DNA of 41,281 nucleotides from an uncultured Sphaerochaeta sp. (lineage in GTDB: Bacteria > Spirochaetota > Spirochaetia > Sphaerochaetales > Sphaerochaetaceae): positions 1 through 41,281 of the forward strand of contig CAYXYD010000002.1 in NCBI GenBank assembly GCA_964469205.1, written 5' to 3'. The notes beneath the pieces were generated by a model, which made no database searches, was not told where the DNA came from, and was given only the letters and a program-made list of their open reading frames with translations. Of this stretch, positions 8,774-17,084 are shown in pieces (positions within the stretch are counted from its first letter, which is position 1; the number at the start of each line of letters is the position of its first letter). A program made the position numbers and the translations under genes.

Positions 8774-9886
8774 ATGGCTAAACTTTTGAGAAAGAGCCCT
8801 CCCCAGCGAAGAAAGGCGACCCATACATCCGGCAATGCCGTAGATGTGCTTGGTTCCGAGTTTCGCATGCAAAAGGAGAAGGTGCTCAGCACTCTCAGGA
8901 GCGTAGGAATTAATCTTGAAGCATCCAGTTCTGCAGAAGAGATGGACCTCTTTCGTGAGGTGCTCGCCTGTAAGGTTGGGGACTTCTCCCGGTTCAAAAG
9001 TGGAAATGAGCCATATTTGGCTAAGTTGGATGAACAACTACGCGCCTTTGATGAAATTTATGTGGATACTGCGCCCATTATCCAGGAGGATTGGTTTTTG
9101 CATTTTGTTTCCAATGCAGAACTGATCCTTAAGCGGCGCAAGAAGAAACTGCTTGTCCTAGAGAAAACTATGGAAGAGCTCCATGGTCTCAAGGACAACC
9201 CCGAAAAGGACAAGGATGTCCGGGTCCGCTCTACCATTCGACCCGATCTGCTTCGGTTCCTTGCCCGTAAGGGTATTGTACGTATCGGTGATACTGGAAG
9301 CACCGGTATAGCTGATGACCATCTGGTGGAGCTGTTTGCCAGCATTGGCAGCAACAAGAATCTGATGCTTATCACCCAAGACCGTGAGCTGAGTGAGAGA
9401 ATTGTTACCCTGGCAAATAAGCTTGACCAAGAACCCAATAAGCTTCCCAAGTTGCCCTGGTGGAAGAAACTGTTCGCCTCCGCTGAAGACCTCGCACCTG
9501 TTTCCCATAAGATGGTTGTCTGCAAGCTGGTTGAAGAGGGCAAGCTCATGAGGTGCTATGTCTGTCCTGAGTGTAACGAAAGCTACTATGACGAGCTGGT
9601 TGACTGTGAAGGGTTTGTGCTCTGCAGTCGCTGTTATATCGATCTGAAGGAAAAAGAGGCAAAGCAGGTAGCTGCCAATGAGCTGAAGCGTGAGCTTGAG
9701 CTGAAGAAGGAAGAGTCCAGACAGAAGCGTCTTCGTGAAGAGGCTTTGGCTAAAGAGCAGCAGAAACCTGTGTTTACCGTTGCTAAGGCCCTTGAACGCA
9801 GGAGAAAGAAGTTCTGGCTTGTCTTTAGCCTTGTGGTGGTCATTGTGATCTTGCTGGCGATTGAGATTTACATTATAGCAGTATAA
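8774..9886 (+). CDS. PIN-like domain protein with a Cys4 Zn-finger, coiled coil and C-terminal membrane anchor
   Basis: PIN acidic motifs IYVDT / MEEL / ADDHL / LITQD; CPEC...CSRC; hydrophobic tail FWLVFSLVVVIVILLAIEIYIIAV. Confidence 0.7.
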   Translation: MAKLLRKSPPQRRKATHTSGNAVDVLGSEFRMQKEKVLSTLRSVGINLEASSSAEEMDLFREVLACKVGDFSRFKSGNEPYLAKLDEQLRAFDEIYVDTAPIIQEDWFLHFVSNAELILKRRKKKLLVLEKTMEELHGLKDNPEKDKDVRVRSTIRPDLLRFLARKGIVRIGDTGSTGIADDHLVELFASIGSNKNLMLITQDRELSERIVTLANKLDQEPNKLPKLPWWKKLFASAEDLAPVSHKMVVCKLVEEGKLMRCYVCPECNESYYDELVDCEGFVLCSRCYIDLKEKEAKQVAANELKRELELKKEESRQKRLREEALAKEQQKPVFTVAKALERRRKKFWLVFSLVVVIVILLAIEIYIIAV

Positions 9887-9945
9887 GACTGAACTGAAGA
9901 ATCTATGAACGAATGAAAAAGAATGAATGAAAAGAGAATGGAAAC

Positions 9946-9981
9946 ACAAAGAACCGCTGCCTTAGGGTAGCGGTTCTTTGT
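9946..9981. terminator. Bidirectional intrinsic terminator
   Basis: ACAAAGAACCGCTGCC-TTAG-GGTAGCGGTTCTTTGT between convergent genes. Confidence 0.85.
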
Positions 9982-10023
9982 TGGTGAACAGAATGCAAAT
10001 CAGAAATCCTGGTTATTCTGTTT

Positions 10024-12059
10024 TTATCCAATCTTTAACAGCTTTGCATTGATGGCCACTATGATGGTACTTAGGGACATCAAGACAGCACCTAGGGCGG
10101 GGCTGATGACGATTCCCTGGTTATAGAGGACTCCTGCTACCAAGGGTAGGGCAAAGACGTTGTAGGCTGTTGCCCAGATAAGGTTCTGTACGATCTTTGA
10201 GTAGGTTGCCTTAGCCAGCTTGAGCAGGTTCACTATGTCCAAGGGGTCGCTCTTCACCAGGACTATATCTCCTGTCTCAATCGCCACATCGGTTCCTGCA
10301 CCGATCGCAATACCGAGGTCTGATGAGGCAAGGGTTGGGGCATCGTTGATCCCATCGCCGATCATGGCAACGCGCTTGCCTTGCTTTTGCAATGCTTCGA
10401 TCTGTTTGTTTTTGTCTTCAGGCAGCACTTCTGCGATGATGGTATCTATGCCCAGTTTCTTACCAACATGTGAAGCAACCCACTGGTTGTTTCCAGTTAG
10501 CATAATGGTTTCTATTCCCATTGCCTTCACTGGCTCGATGGCTTTCTTTGCATGGTCATGTGTCTGGTCGGCCAAGGCGATGAAGCCAAGGAGATTTTCA
10601 TCTTCCACTACAAAGATTACAGTCTTTTCTTGAGATGCAAGCTTTTCGTATGCCTTTTCATCAAAGGTTATCTTTTCAGAGTGCATATAGCCGGGGCTGA
10701 CTATGTGTAGGGTTTTCCCGCCTATACTAGCCTCAAGGCCTTTGCCGGGAAGGCTCTTATAGTCAGAGACCTCTTTGGTTTCTAGTTCCAGCTCTTCGCC
10801 TTTGCGTACAATGCCTTTGGCGATGGGATGCTCGCTGTTTAGCTCTACTGAGTAGGCTAGGGTGAGCAGTTCTTCCTCTGTTCTGTCGAGGGGGTGTATG
10901 TCGGTTACCCCGAACTCACCTTTAGTGAGTGTTCCTGTCTTGTCAAAGACAATGGCATCGAGGTTTCGTGCTTGCTCAAAGGCAAGTCTGTTCCTGATAA
11001 GAAGGCCGTTCTTTGCTGCTATGCCCGAAGATATGGCGCTTACCAGCGGTATGGCAAGTCCTAGGGCGTGGGGACAAGATATGATGATGACAGTCACTGC
11101 CCGTTCAATGGAGAAGGCAAGGTCCCCTCTGATGAGCATCCATGCGGTAAAGGTTATAATGCCGGAACTTGCTGCAATATAGAAGAGCCATTTTGCTGCA
11201 GTGTCTGCCAAGCGTTGGCTTTTTGATTTTGAGTTCTGGGCTTCTTCCACCAAATGTTTGACCTGTGATAGGAATGTGTCATCGCCTACTTTGCTGACGG
11301 TAAACTTGAGTAGGCCGTCTCCGTTAATGGAACCTCCGATGACTTCGTCGCCTTTGGTCTTTGCTACCGGAACTGATTCTCCTGTTACCATGGCTTCATT
11401 AACCTCTGATGTTCCTTCAAATATCTCTCCATCGATGGGAATCTTCTCTCCGGGTTTCACGAGGATGGAGTCGCCTTCATGTAGCCCTGTCACTTCGACA
11501 TCGTCGGTGGACCCGTCCTTTTTGATCAGATGTGCTTCTTCAGGCAGGAGCTTGAGCAGTTCATCCAAGGCCTTGGAGGCTCCCAAGACTGACTTCATCT
11601 CGATCCAATGTCCAAGGAGCATGATGACCACCAAGGTTGCCAGCTCCCAGAAGAAGTCATGGCCTTTCAGGAAGAAGACAGCTGCTGTGCTATATAGGTA
11701 GGCGACAATGATTGCGAAGGCGATGAGGGTCATCATCGCAGGAGATCGCTCTTTCAGCTCGTCCCACGCCCCTGTGATGAAGGGTTTTCCTCCATAGAGG
11801 AAAAGTCCTGTCGATAGGGCAAACAAGAGGTAGTTGGAGCCTAGGAAGGTCCAGTCCACCCCCATGAATGAGTGGATCATGGGCGAGAGGGCTAATATGG
11901 GGATGGTGAGTATCAGGGAAATGAAGAACCTTCGTTTGAAATCCTGAACCATCATGGCATGGTGGTTATGTTCCTGATGATCGTTCTCTTGGGATCATGC
12001 TTATGAGTAGCATTGTTTTCTTTTTCTGATTTGGTTGAGTCTTGTTTGTTTTTGTTCAC
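10024..12059 (-). pseudogene. copB: P1B-3 (CopB-type) copper-translocating P-type ATPase, frameshifted in its His-rich N-terminus; the intact downstream ORF is 10024-11955
   Basis: TGES, CPHALGLAIP, DKTGTLT, SEHP, GDGINDAP, YN and MSLS motifs. AGGAG SD + GTG at 12059 opens MNKNKQDSTKSEKENNATHKHDP, which joins ENDHQEHNHHAMMVQDF only through a 1-nt shift near 11990. The family call is firm; pseudogene status is less so. Confidence 0.7.
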
Positions 12060-12065
12060 ATTAGT

Positions 12066-12200
12066 CTCCTCTTGGTAGAAAGAGGAGGGGTAGTTGGATA
12101 TTAAGAATCAGGGTAGTAGTAAGTTCTGCAAAACTATCTACTCTCTGTGCTCCAACCCCTTCTTTCTTATAATATAGTGAAAGAGTGGGGGAAAAGGCAA
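12066..12200 (-). promoter_or_regulatory. copB promoter and structured 5' leader with an SD-sequestering hairpin
   Basis: TTGCCT-18-TATATT (12200-12171); CTCCTCTT-tctacc-AAGAGGAG stem covers the SD; alternative long-range pairing to the 5' end of the leader. Confidence 0.45.
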
Positions 12201-12254
12201 GAGTGAAGGAGTGGTTGGATTGGGCTATAGTGTAGATGTGGGACGCAGTTGGGC

Positions 12255-12291
12255 AAAGAAAAACCCTCACAAGAATTTTCTTGCAAGGGTT
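12255..12291 (-). terminator. Terminator downstream of tRNA-Arg
   Basis: AACCCTTGCAAGAA...TTCTTGTGAGGGTT followed by TTTCTTT on the minus strand. Confidence 0.7.
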
Positions 12292-12296
12292 ATTGT

Positions 12297-12370
12297 TGCC
12301 CCGAGGGCGATTCGAACGCCCGACCCCTTCCTTAGGAGGGAAGTGCTCTATCCAGCTGAGCTATCAGAGC
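12297..12370 (-). tRNA. tRNA-Arg, anticodon CCT
   Basis: GCTCTGATAGCTCAGCTGGATAGAGCACTTCCCTCCTAAGGAAGGGGTCGGGCGTTCGAATCGCCCTCGGGGCA folds as a cloverleaf; anticodon arm CTTCC-CTCCTAA-GGAAG; T-loop TTCGAAT; CCA not encoded. Confidence 0.97.
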
Positions 12371-12382
12371 GGATGCGTTCCG

Positions 12383-12411
12383 ATAATAACGGAAAATAGG
12401 AGGGTGTTCAA
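12383..12411 (-). promoter_or_regulatory. tRNA promoter
   Basis: TTGAAC-17-TATTAT, 12 nt upstream of the tRNA 5' end. Confidence 0.6.
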
Positions 12412-12609
12412 GGGGATGGGAGAAGATTTGCTGACTGCCTTTTCTCCCTTTTTTACGGTTTTTCTGGTAGATACTCGAATTCTCTGAATAATGTGCTACC
12501 CTATAGGAGGTCATATAAGTGATTGGCCCAGCAATATGTCTGGATTTACCCCCTTTTTTCTATTTTGCAAGCGAATCACCGGCTTTCTATTTACTATGGA
12601 GGATTAGCA

Positions 12610-14088
12610 ATGAATAAAGCGAACGAACAAAGAGACCGTATCCGACTCAAAAGTATCGCACACAGAGCGATGCTTGAGCATGGGCTGGTTCCTGATTTCT
12701 CAAAAGAAGTCCTAGCTGAACTAAATAAGATTAAGGAGCCTGCAACTATACCAGAAAAAGCAGGATTGGTTGATATGCGCTCTTTGCTCTGGTGTTCACT
12801 TGATAACGATGATTCCCGTGATCTTGACCAGCTGGCAGCGGCAGAGGCAATGGGAAACGGTAGGGTCAAAATACTGATAGCAATAGCTGATGTTGATGCT
12901 GTCGTCAAGAAAGACTCAGCAATTGATCAGCATGCGCAACAGAATACTACTTCGGTGTATACCGCCTCTGAAATATTTTCAATGCTTCCTGAAAAACTGT
13001 CGACAGATATCACTTCGCTCAATTTTGAATGTGACCGTCTGGCTGTGGTCGTTGAAATTGAAATCGCTGATGATGGCTCTGTCGTGAATTCAGCGTTCTA
13101 CAAGGCAATAGTGCGCAACAAAGCGAGGCTATCATACAACAGCGTCGCCGCATGGTTGAACAAAAAGGAATCCATGCCAAAGGGAATTGCGTCAGTCAAA
13201 GGCATGGAAGAAAGTCTGCGGCTCCAAGACGCTACAGCCCAAAAAATGAAACTTCTCCGACATATGCATGGCGCACTTGTTTTCGAAACTATCGAGGCAA
13301 AACCAGTATTCTCCGGCGACACATTGGTGGATCTCATACCTGAAGCCGACAACCGTGCAAAAGAAATGATAGAAGACTTCATGATAGCGGCAAACAGCGT
13401 TACGGCGAAATATCTTGCGTCCATGAACTATGTATCGATCAGACGTGTGGTCAGTGAACCTAAACGATGGGACCGCATTGTGTCGGTAGTGGCAAAACAT
13501 GGCACAACTCTTCCGGCACAACCCGACTCGATAGCACTTGAGAAATTCCTGGTGTCATCGCAAAAGGCAGACCCTATTCGGTTCCCTGATGTGTCTCTCT
13601 GTATCATAAAGCTTCTAGGCTCTGGAGACTATGTTGTCCAAGTTCCTGGCAATGTGAGTGAAGGCCATTTTGGGCTTGCCGTTAAGAGCTATACCCATTC
13701 GACAGCTCCGAATCGTCGGTATCCGGACCTGATGACCCAACGTATCTTGAAAGCAGCTATTTCAGGAAGCCCTTCCCCATATTCTGTTGAAGAACTGAGA
13801 GAGCTTGCTCAGCGCTGCAATAACGCCGAAAATTCGGCGAAGAAAGTGGAAAGGCAGATGGTGAAATCGGCCGCAGCGATTCTCCTTGAACAGAGAATTG
13901 GAGACCAGTTCGATGCTATCGTTACAGGGGCAGCTGATAAAGGTACATGGGTACGCATCATGAATCCACCACTCGAAGGGCGGTTGTACAGAGGTTTTAA
14001 GGGATTGGATGTTGGAGACTCACTCCGGGTGCAATTGACAAGCACCAATGTTGAACGTGGATATATCGATTTCAAGCGCGTGAACTGA
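12610..14088 (+). CDS. RNB-domain exoribonuclease (RNase II/R family, short form with C-terminal S1)
   Basis: SLDNDDSRDLDQL, IAIADV, MLPEKLS, IEDFMIAAN, HFGLAVKSYTHSTAPNRRYPDL; GGAGG SD before ATG 12610. Confidence 0.92.
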   Translation: MNKANEQRDRIRLKSIAHRAMLEHGLVPDFSKEVLAELNKIKEPATIPEKAGLVDMRSLLWCSLDNDDSRDLDQLAAAEAMGNGRVKILIAIADVDAVVKKDSAIDQHAQQNTTSVYTASEIFSMLPEKLSTDITSLNFECDRLAVVVEIEIADDGSVVNSAFYKAIVRNKARLSYNSVAAWLNKKESMPKGIASVKGMEESLRLQDATAQKMKLLRHMHGALVFETIEAKPVFSGDTLVDLIPEADNRAKEMIEDFMIAANSVTAKYLASMNYVSIRRVVSEPKRWDRIVSVVAKHGTTLPAQPDSIALEKFLVSSQKADPIRFPDVSLCIIKLLGSGDYVVQVPGNVSEGHFGLAVKSYTHSTAPNRRYPDLMTQRILKAAISGSPSPYSVEELRELAQRCNNAENSAKKVERQMVKSAAAILLEQRIGDQFDAIVTGAADKGTWVRIMNPPLEGRLYRGFKGLDVGDSLRVQLTSTNVERGYIDFKRVN

Positions 14089-14124
14089 TTTGTAGATAGA
14101 TCCCATGAATGTATAAAGGAAGAG

Positions 14125-14164
14125 AAAAAAAACTGCAATTGGTTATCCCTTTGCAGTTTTTTCT
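14125..14164. terminator. Bidirectional intrinsic terminator
   Basis: AAAAAACTGCAA...TTGCAGTTTTTT between the convergent RNB and mscL genes. Confidence 0.75.
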
Positions 14165-14200
14165 ATTTCCGAGCGTTGTAAGCCATATAGGCAGGGGCAG

Positions 14201-14665
14201 TTAGTTCTTCTGTATCTTCAACAGATCCCTAATCTCAGTCAGAAGTTTGACATCAGCTGGAATAACAGGTGCTGGGGGAGGGGTTGCCTCTTTCTTTGTT
14301 TCCTCGACTTTTATCTCAACTTTTCTTCGTGCTTCCATTCTTTCTCTCATCCTGTTGATGGTCCTTACAATGAAGAACACAACCAAGGCGATGATAAGGA
14401 AGTCGATGATCTTCTGAATGAACATACCATAACGGATCGCAACTTCAGTAGTTGTCTCAGTAGCAGCGGTGATGATGATTTTTAGGTCTGCGAAGCTGAC
14501 GCCGCCAATGATCAGGCCGATGAACGGCATAAGGATATCCTTGACCATGGAGTTGACGATTGCGGTAAATGCTGTGCCTACAATGATACCTACGGCCATA
14601 TCCATTACATTGCCGCGGGTTATGAATTTTCTAAACTCTCCAAGGATTTTTCTTTTTTTTGCCAT
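14201..14665 (-). CDS. mscL: Large-conductance mechanosensitive channel
   Basis: EFRKFITRGNVMDMAVGIIVG, YGMFI...DFLII, LLTEIRDLLK. Confidence 0.97.
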   Translation of the reverse strand: MAKKRKILGEFRKFITRGNVMDMAVGIIVGTAFTAIVNSMVKDILMPFIGLIIGGVSFADLKIIITAATETTTEVAIRYGMFIQKIIDFLIIALVVFFIVRTINRMRERMEARRKVEIKVEETKKEATPPPAPVIPADVKLLTEIRDLLKIQKN

Positions 14666-14784
14666 AAGGAGCCTCCAAATACTATTTTGTATAGTCTATC
14701 ATTACTGGATAAAGGTGAAAATGGTCTTCTTTGGGTGATTTTTCAGTGTATTTCCTATTTATAGGTTTTTAGGCTGGTTAATTG

Positions 14785-14824
14785 TTGAATAAATATACCC
14801 TTTACTGTATAAATTAATTTATAC
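14785..14824 (+). promoter_or_regulatory. liv operon promoter overlapped by an 18-bp palindromic operator candidate
   Basis: TTGAAT-17-TATAAA; perfect palindrome GTATAAATTAATTTATAC at 14807-14824. Confidence 0.5.
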
Positions 14825-14877
14825 TTTACAGAGATGATTAACATTTCTGTTGTTGTACAGTTTGGAGGTACCCAAGT

Positions 14878-16059
14878 ATGAAAAAAAGCTTGTATGTTTT
14901 TGTAGCTCTTGTTGCTCTGTTTGCACTGGTCGCTGCTCCTATGTTTGCACAGGGTGGTGGTGAAGCTTCCAGCCCTAAAATCGGATTTATCGGTCCTATG
15001 ACCGGTGATAACGCCAACTACGGTGTGTTGAGCAATAACTCAGCCATGCTTGCCGTTAAACACTTCAATGCCAAGGGCGGTTTCAACGGGAAACTTCCTG
15101 TTGTGCTGGTTACCGAAGACTCTGAAGGTAACGTTGAGAAAGGCCTCTCTTCCATTGAGAAGCTCTCCTCAGCTGATAAGATTGTCGGTCTTGTCGGTCC
15201 TGTCTTCACAGGAACAACTTTTGCTGTTGGCGAACGTGTCCAGAATGAAGGGATCGTCATGCTCTCTCCCTCTGCAACCCATGCTGATATCACCGCCATC
15301 GGTGACTATGTGTTCCGCACAGTCGTATCTGATGGACTTCAGGGTGAAGTTGCCGGTAACTATTTCTATGAAAAGCTTGGACTGCGCACCATGGGTGTCC
15401 TCTATGCAAAGAATGACTATAGCCAGGGCCTCTACCAAGGAATGACTGCCAGCTTTGAAGCAGCAGGTGGTAAAGTTACCATCGTAGAAGCTTGCCAGGT
15501 AGGTGACAAGGATTTCAAAACCCAGCTCACCAAGATCAGGAGTGCAGATCCTGATGCTATCTACATCCCTAACTACACCGCAGAGATGGCTCAGATTCTC
15601 GAGCAGGCAAGGCAGCTTGGTATTACCACTCCCTTTGTATCCTGTGACGGATTCTCCAACCCTGACATCTATAACCTCGCCGGCAACTTTACCGACGGTG
15701 TTGTCTATGTCGGTCCTGCCAAGGTCAAGGAAAGCCAGAAATACAGCAATTTCGTTGCTGAATATACTTCTACATATGGTGTTGGCCCCGACTCGTTCGC
15801 AACCAATGCTTATGATGGCACCAACATCCTGCTCGCTTCTATGGACTCTGTCTACAAGAAGACTGGCAAGTTTGACCGCAAGGCAGTCCGTGATGTAGTA
15901 GCTGCAACCAAGGACTATGTTGGTGTAAGTGGTATTGTCAACTTTGCTGAAAATGGGGATCTGGTTGCCTATCAGGGCGTGTACAAGGTAAATGGACAGA
16001 CTCCCGAGTATTTGGGCACCTTTACCGTTGTTGATGGCAAGTTGACCCAGATCGACTAA
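14878..16059 (+). CDS. livJ: Branched-chain amino acid (HAAT family) ABC transporter substrate-binding protein, LivJ/LivK-like
   Basis: Signal peptide; KIGFIGPMTG, YVFRT, DFKTQLTKI, AYDG, GVSG.VNF; first gene of a livHMGF cluster. Confidence 0.88.
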   Translation: MKKSLYVFVALVALFALVAAPMFAQGGGEASSPKIGFIGPMTGDNANYGVLSNNSAMLAVKHFNAKGGFNGKLPVVLVTEDSEGNVEKGLSSIEKLSSADKIVGLVGPVFTGTTFAVGERVQNEGIVMLSPSATHADITAIGDYVFRTVVSDGLQGEVAGNYFYEKLGLRTMGVLYAKNDYSQGLYQGMTASFEAAGGKVTIVEACQVGDKDFKTQLTKIRSADPDAIYIPNYTAEMAQILEQARQLGITTPFVSCDGFSNPDIYNLAGNFTDGVVYVGPAKVKESQKYSNFVAEYTSTYGVGPDSFATNAYDGTNILLASMDSVYKKTGKFDRKAVRDVVAATKDYVGVSGIVNFAENGDLVAYQGVYKVNGQTPEYLGTFTVVDGKLTQID

Positions 16060-16087
16060 TCGCTCTATTCCCGGTCATAGGGAAATT

Positions 16088-16120
16088 GGAAGGACCGGTG
16101 TTGTTTACACCGGTCCTTCC
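16088..16120 (+). other. Intra-operon perfect 14-bp stem-loop without a U-tail
   Basis: GGAAGGACCGGTGT-TGTTT-ACACCGGTCCTTCC between the SBP and permease genes. Confidence 0.75.
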
Positions 16121-16165
16121 ATGTTATCGTACTATCCAGTTACAATGGATAAGGAGAGGCGCATC

Positions 16166-17083
16166 GTGGGAATCTCTGAATTTTTCCAACATCTGATGAA
16201 TGGCCTGACTTTGGGGGGCATTTACGCACTTATTGCCCTCGGTTACACTATGGTGTATGGTATTCTGAAATTCATTAACTTTGCCCATGGTGATATCCTC
16301 ATGGTGGGGGCGTATATAGGCCTGTTTGTCTTTGACCTGTTAAGAGGGGATTCCCCTCTAGGCGTCTGGACAGTTGTTGCCTTTTTCATAGCCATGCTCA
16401 TAAGTATGGCTGGCTGTGGTATCTTGGGCATGGCCATCGAGCGCATAGCCTACAAGCCCCTGCGAAGGGCCACTAGGCTTGCTCCTCTGTTGAGTGCCAT
16501 CGGTGTCTCGTTCATTCTTTCCAACAGTGCTGCCTGGTTGCTGGGAACCCAGTCCAGGAAGTTCAACTATCCGTTTGACAACAGCTCCATCAACCTAGGT
16601 GGGGTAATCATAACACCACACCAAATCCTAATTCTCGTAGTATCGCTTGTCATGATGCTTGCCTTGAAACTGTTTGTTGACAAGACAAGAATGGGAAAGG
16701 CAATGCGTGCCACAAGCCTGGACCAGGACACTGCTATGCTGATGGGCATCAATGTGAACAAAGTCATCAGTCTTACCTTCGCCATTGGTAGCGCTCTTGC
16801 CGCCGTCGGAGGTATCCTCATTGCCCTGGACTTCAAGGTCTATCCCAGCATGGGAACCATGACCGGTCTCAAGGCATTTGTCGCTGCGGTTGTCGGAGGT
16901 ATTGGTAACATTTCAGGGGCCATGTTTGGAGGAATCCTCCTCGGTCTGCTTGAAACCTTCGGAGTTGCCGTATTGGGCATCCCCTCTGGCTTGAAAGATA
17001 CCATAGCCTTTGGCGTGCTCATCATCATCTTGCTGGTCAAGCCTGAAGGCTTGTTCGGTAAAGTCGAAAAGGAGAAGGTGTAA
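16166..17083 (+). CDS. livH: BCAA ABC transporter permease LivH
   Basis: NGLTLGGIYALIALGYTMVYG..INFAHG, GKAMRA, KAFVAAVVGGIG; GTG start after AAGGAG. Confidence 0.93.
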   Translation: MGISEFFQHLMNGLTLGGIYALIALGYTMVYGILKFINFAHGDILMVGAYIGLFVFDLLRGDSPLGVWTVVAFFIAMLISMAGCGILGMAIERIAYKPLRRATRLAPLLSAIGVSFILSNSAAWLLGTQSRKFNYPFDNSSINLGGVIITPHQILILVVSLVMMLALKLFVDKTRMGKAMRATSLDQDTAMLMGINVNKVISLTFAIGSALAAVGGILIALDFKVYPSMGTMTGLKAFVAAVVGGIGNISGAMFGGILLGLLETFGVAVLGIPSGLKDTIAFGVLIIILLVKPEGLFGKVEKEKV

Positions 17084-17084
17084 T

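Noticed and set aside
9890-9945. GAATGAA-like short repeats
   Set aside because: Degenerate purine-rich 3' UTR with no regular period or spacers; not CRISPR
9982-12297. Genomic island integrated at the tRNA-Arg 3' end carrying copB
   Set aside because: No duplicated tRNA 3' end (att site) and no integrase were seen; the tRNA terminator is intact
12497-12512. TACCCTATAGGAGGT as a CsoR-type copper operator
   Set aside because: Poor dyad, on the far side of the tRNA from copB, and better explained as an SD
12523-12609. Longer ORF-track starts (RNB 12523, also 5282, 6203, 16121, 17010, 21975, 22354, 25997)
   Set aside because: Downstream starts have properly spaced SD sequences or coupling and match family N-termini
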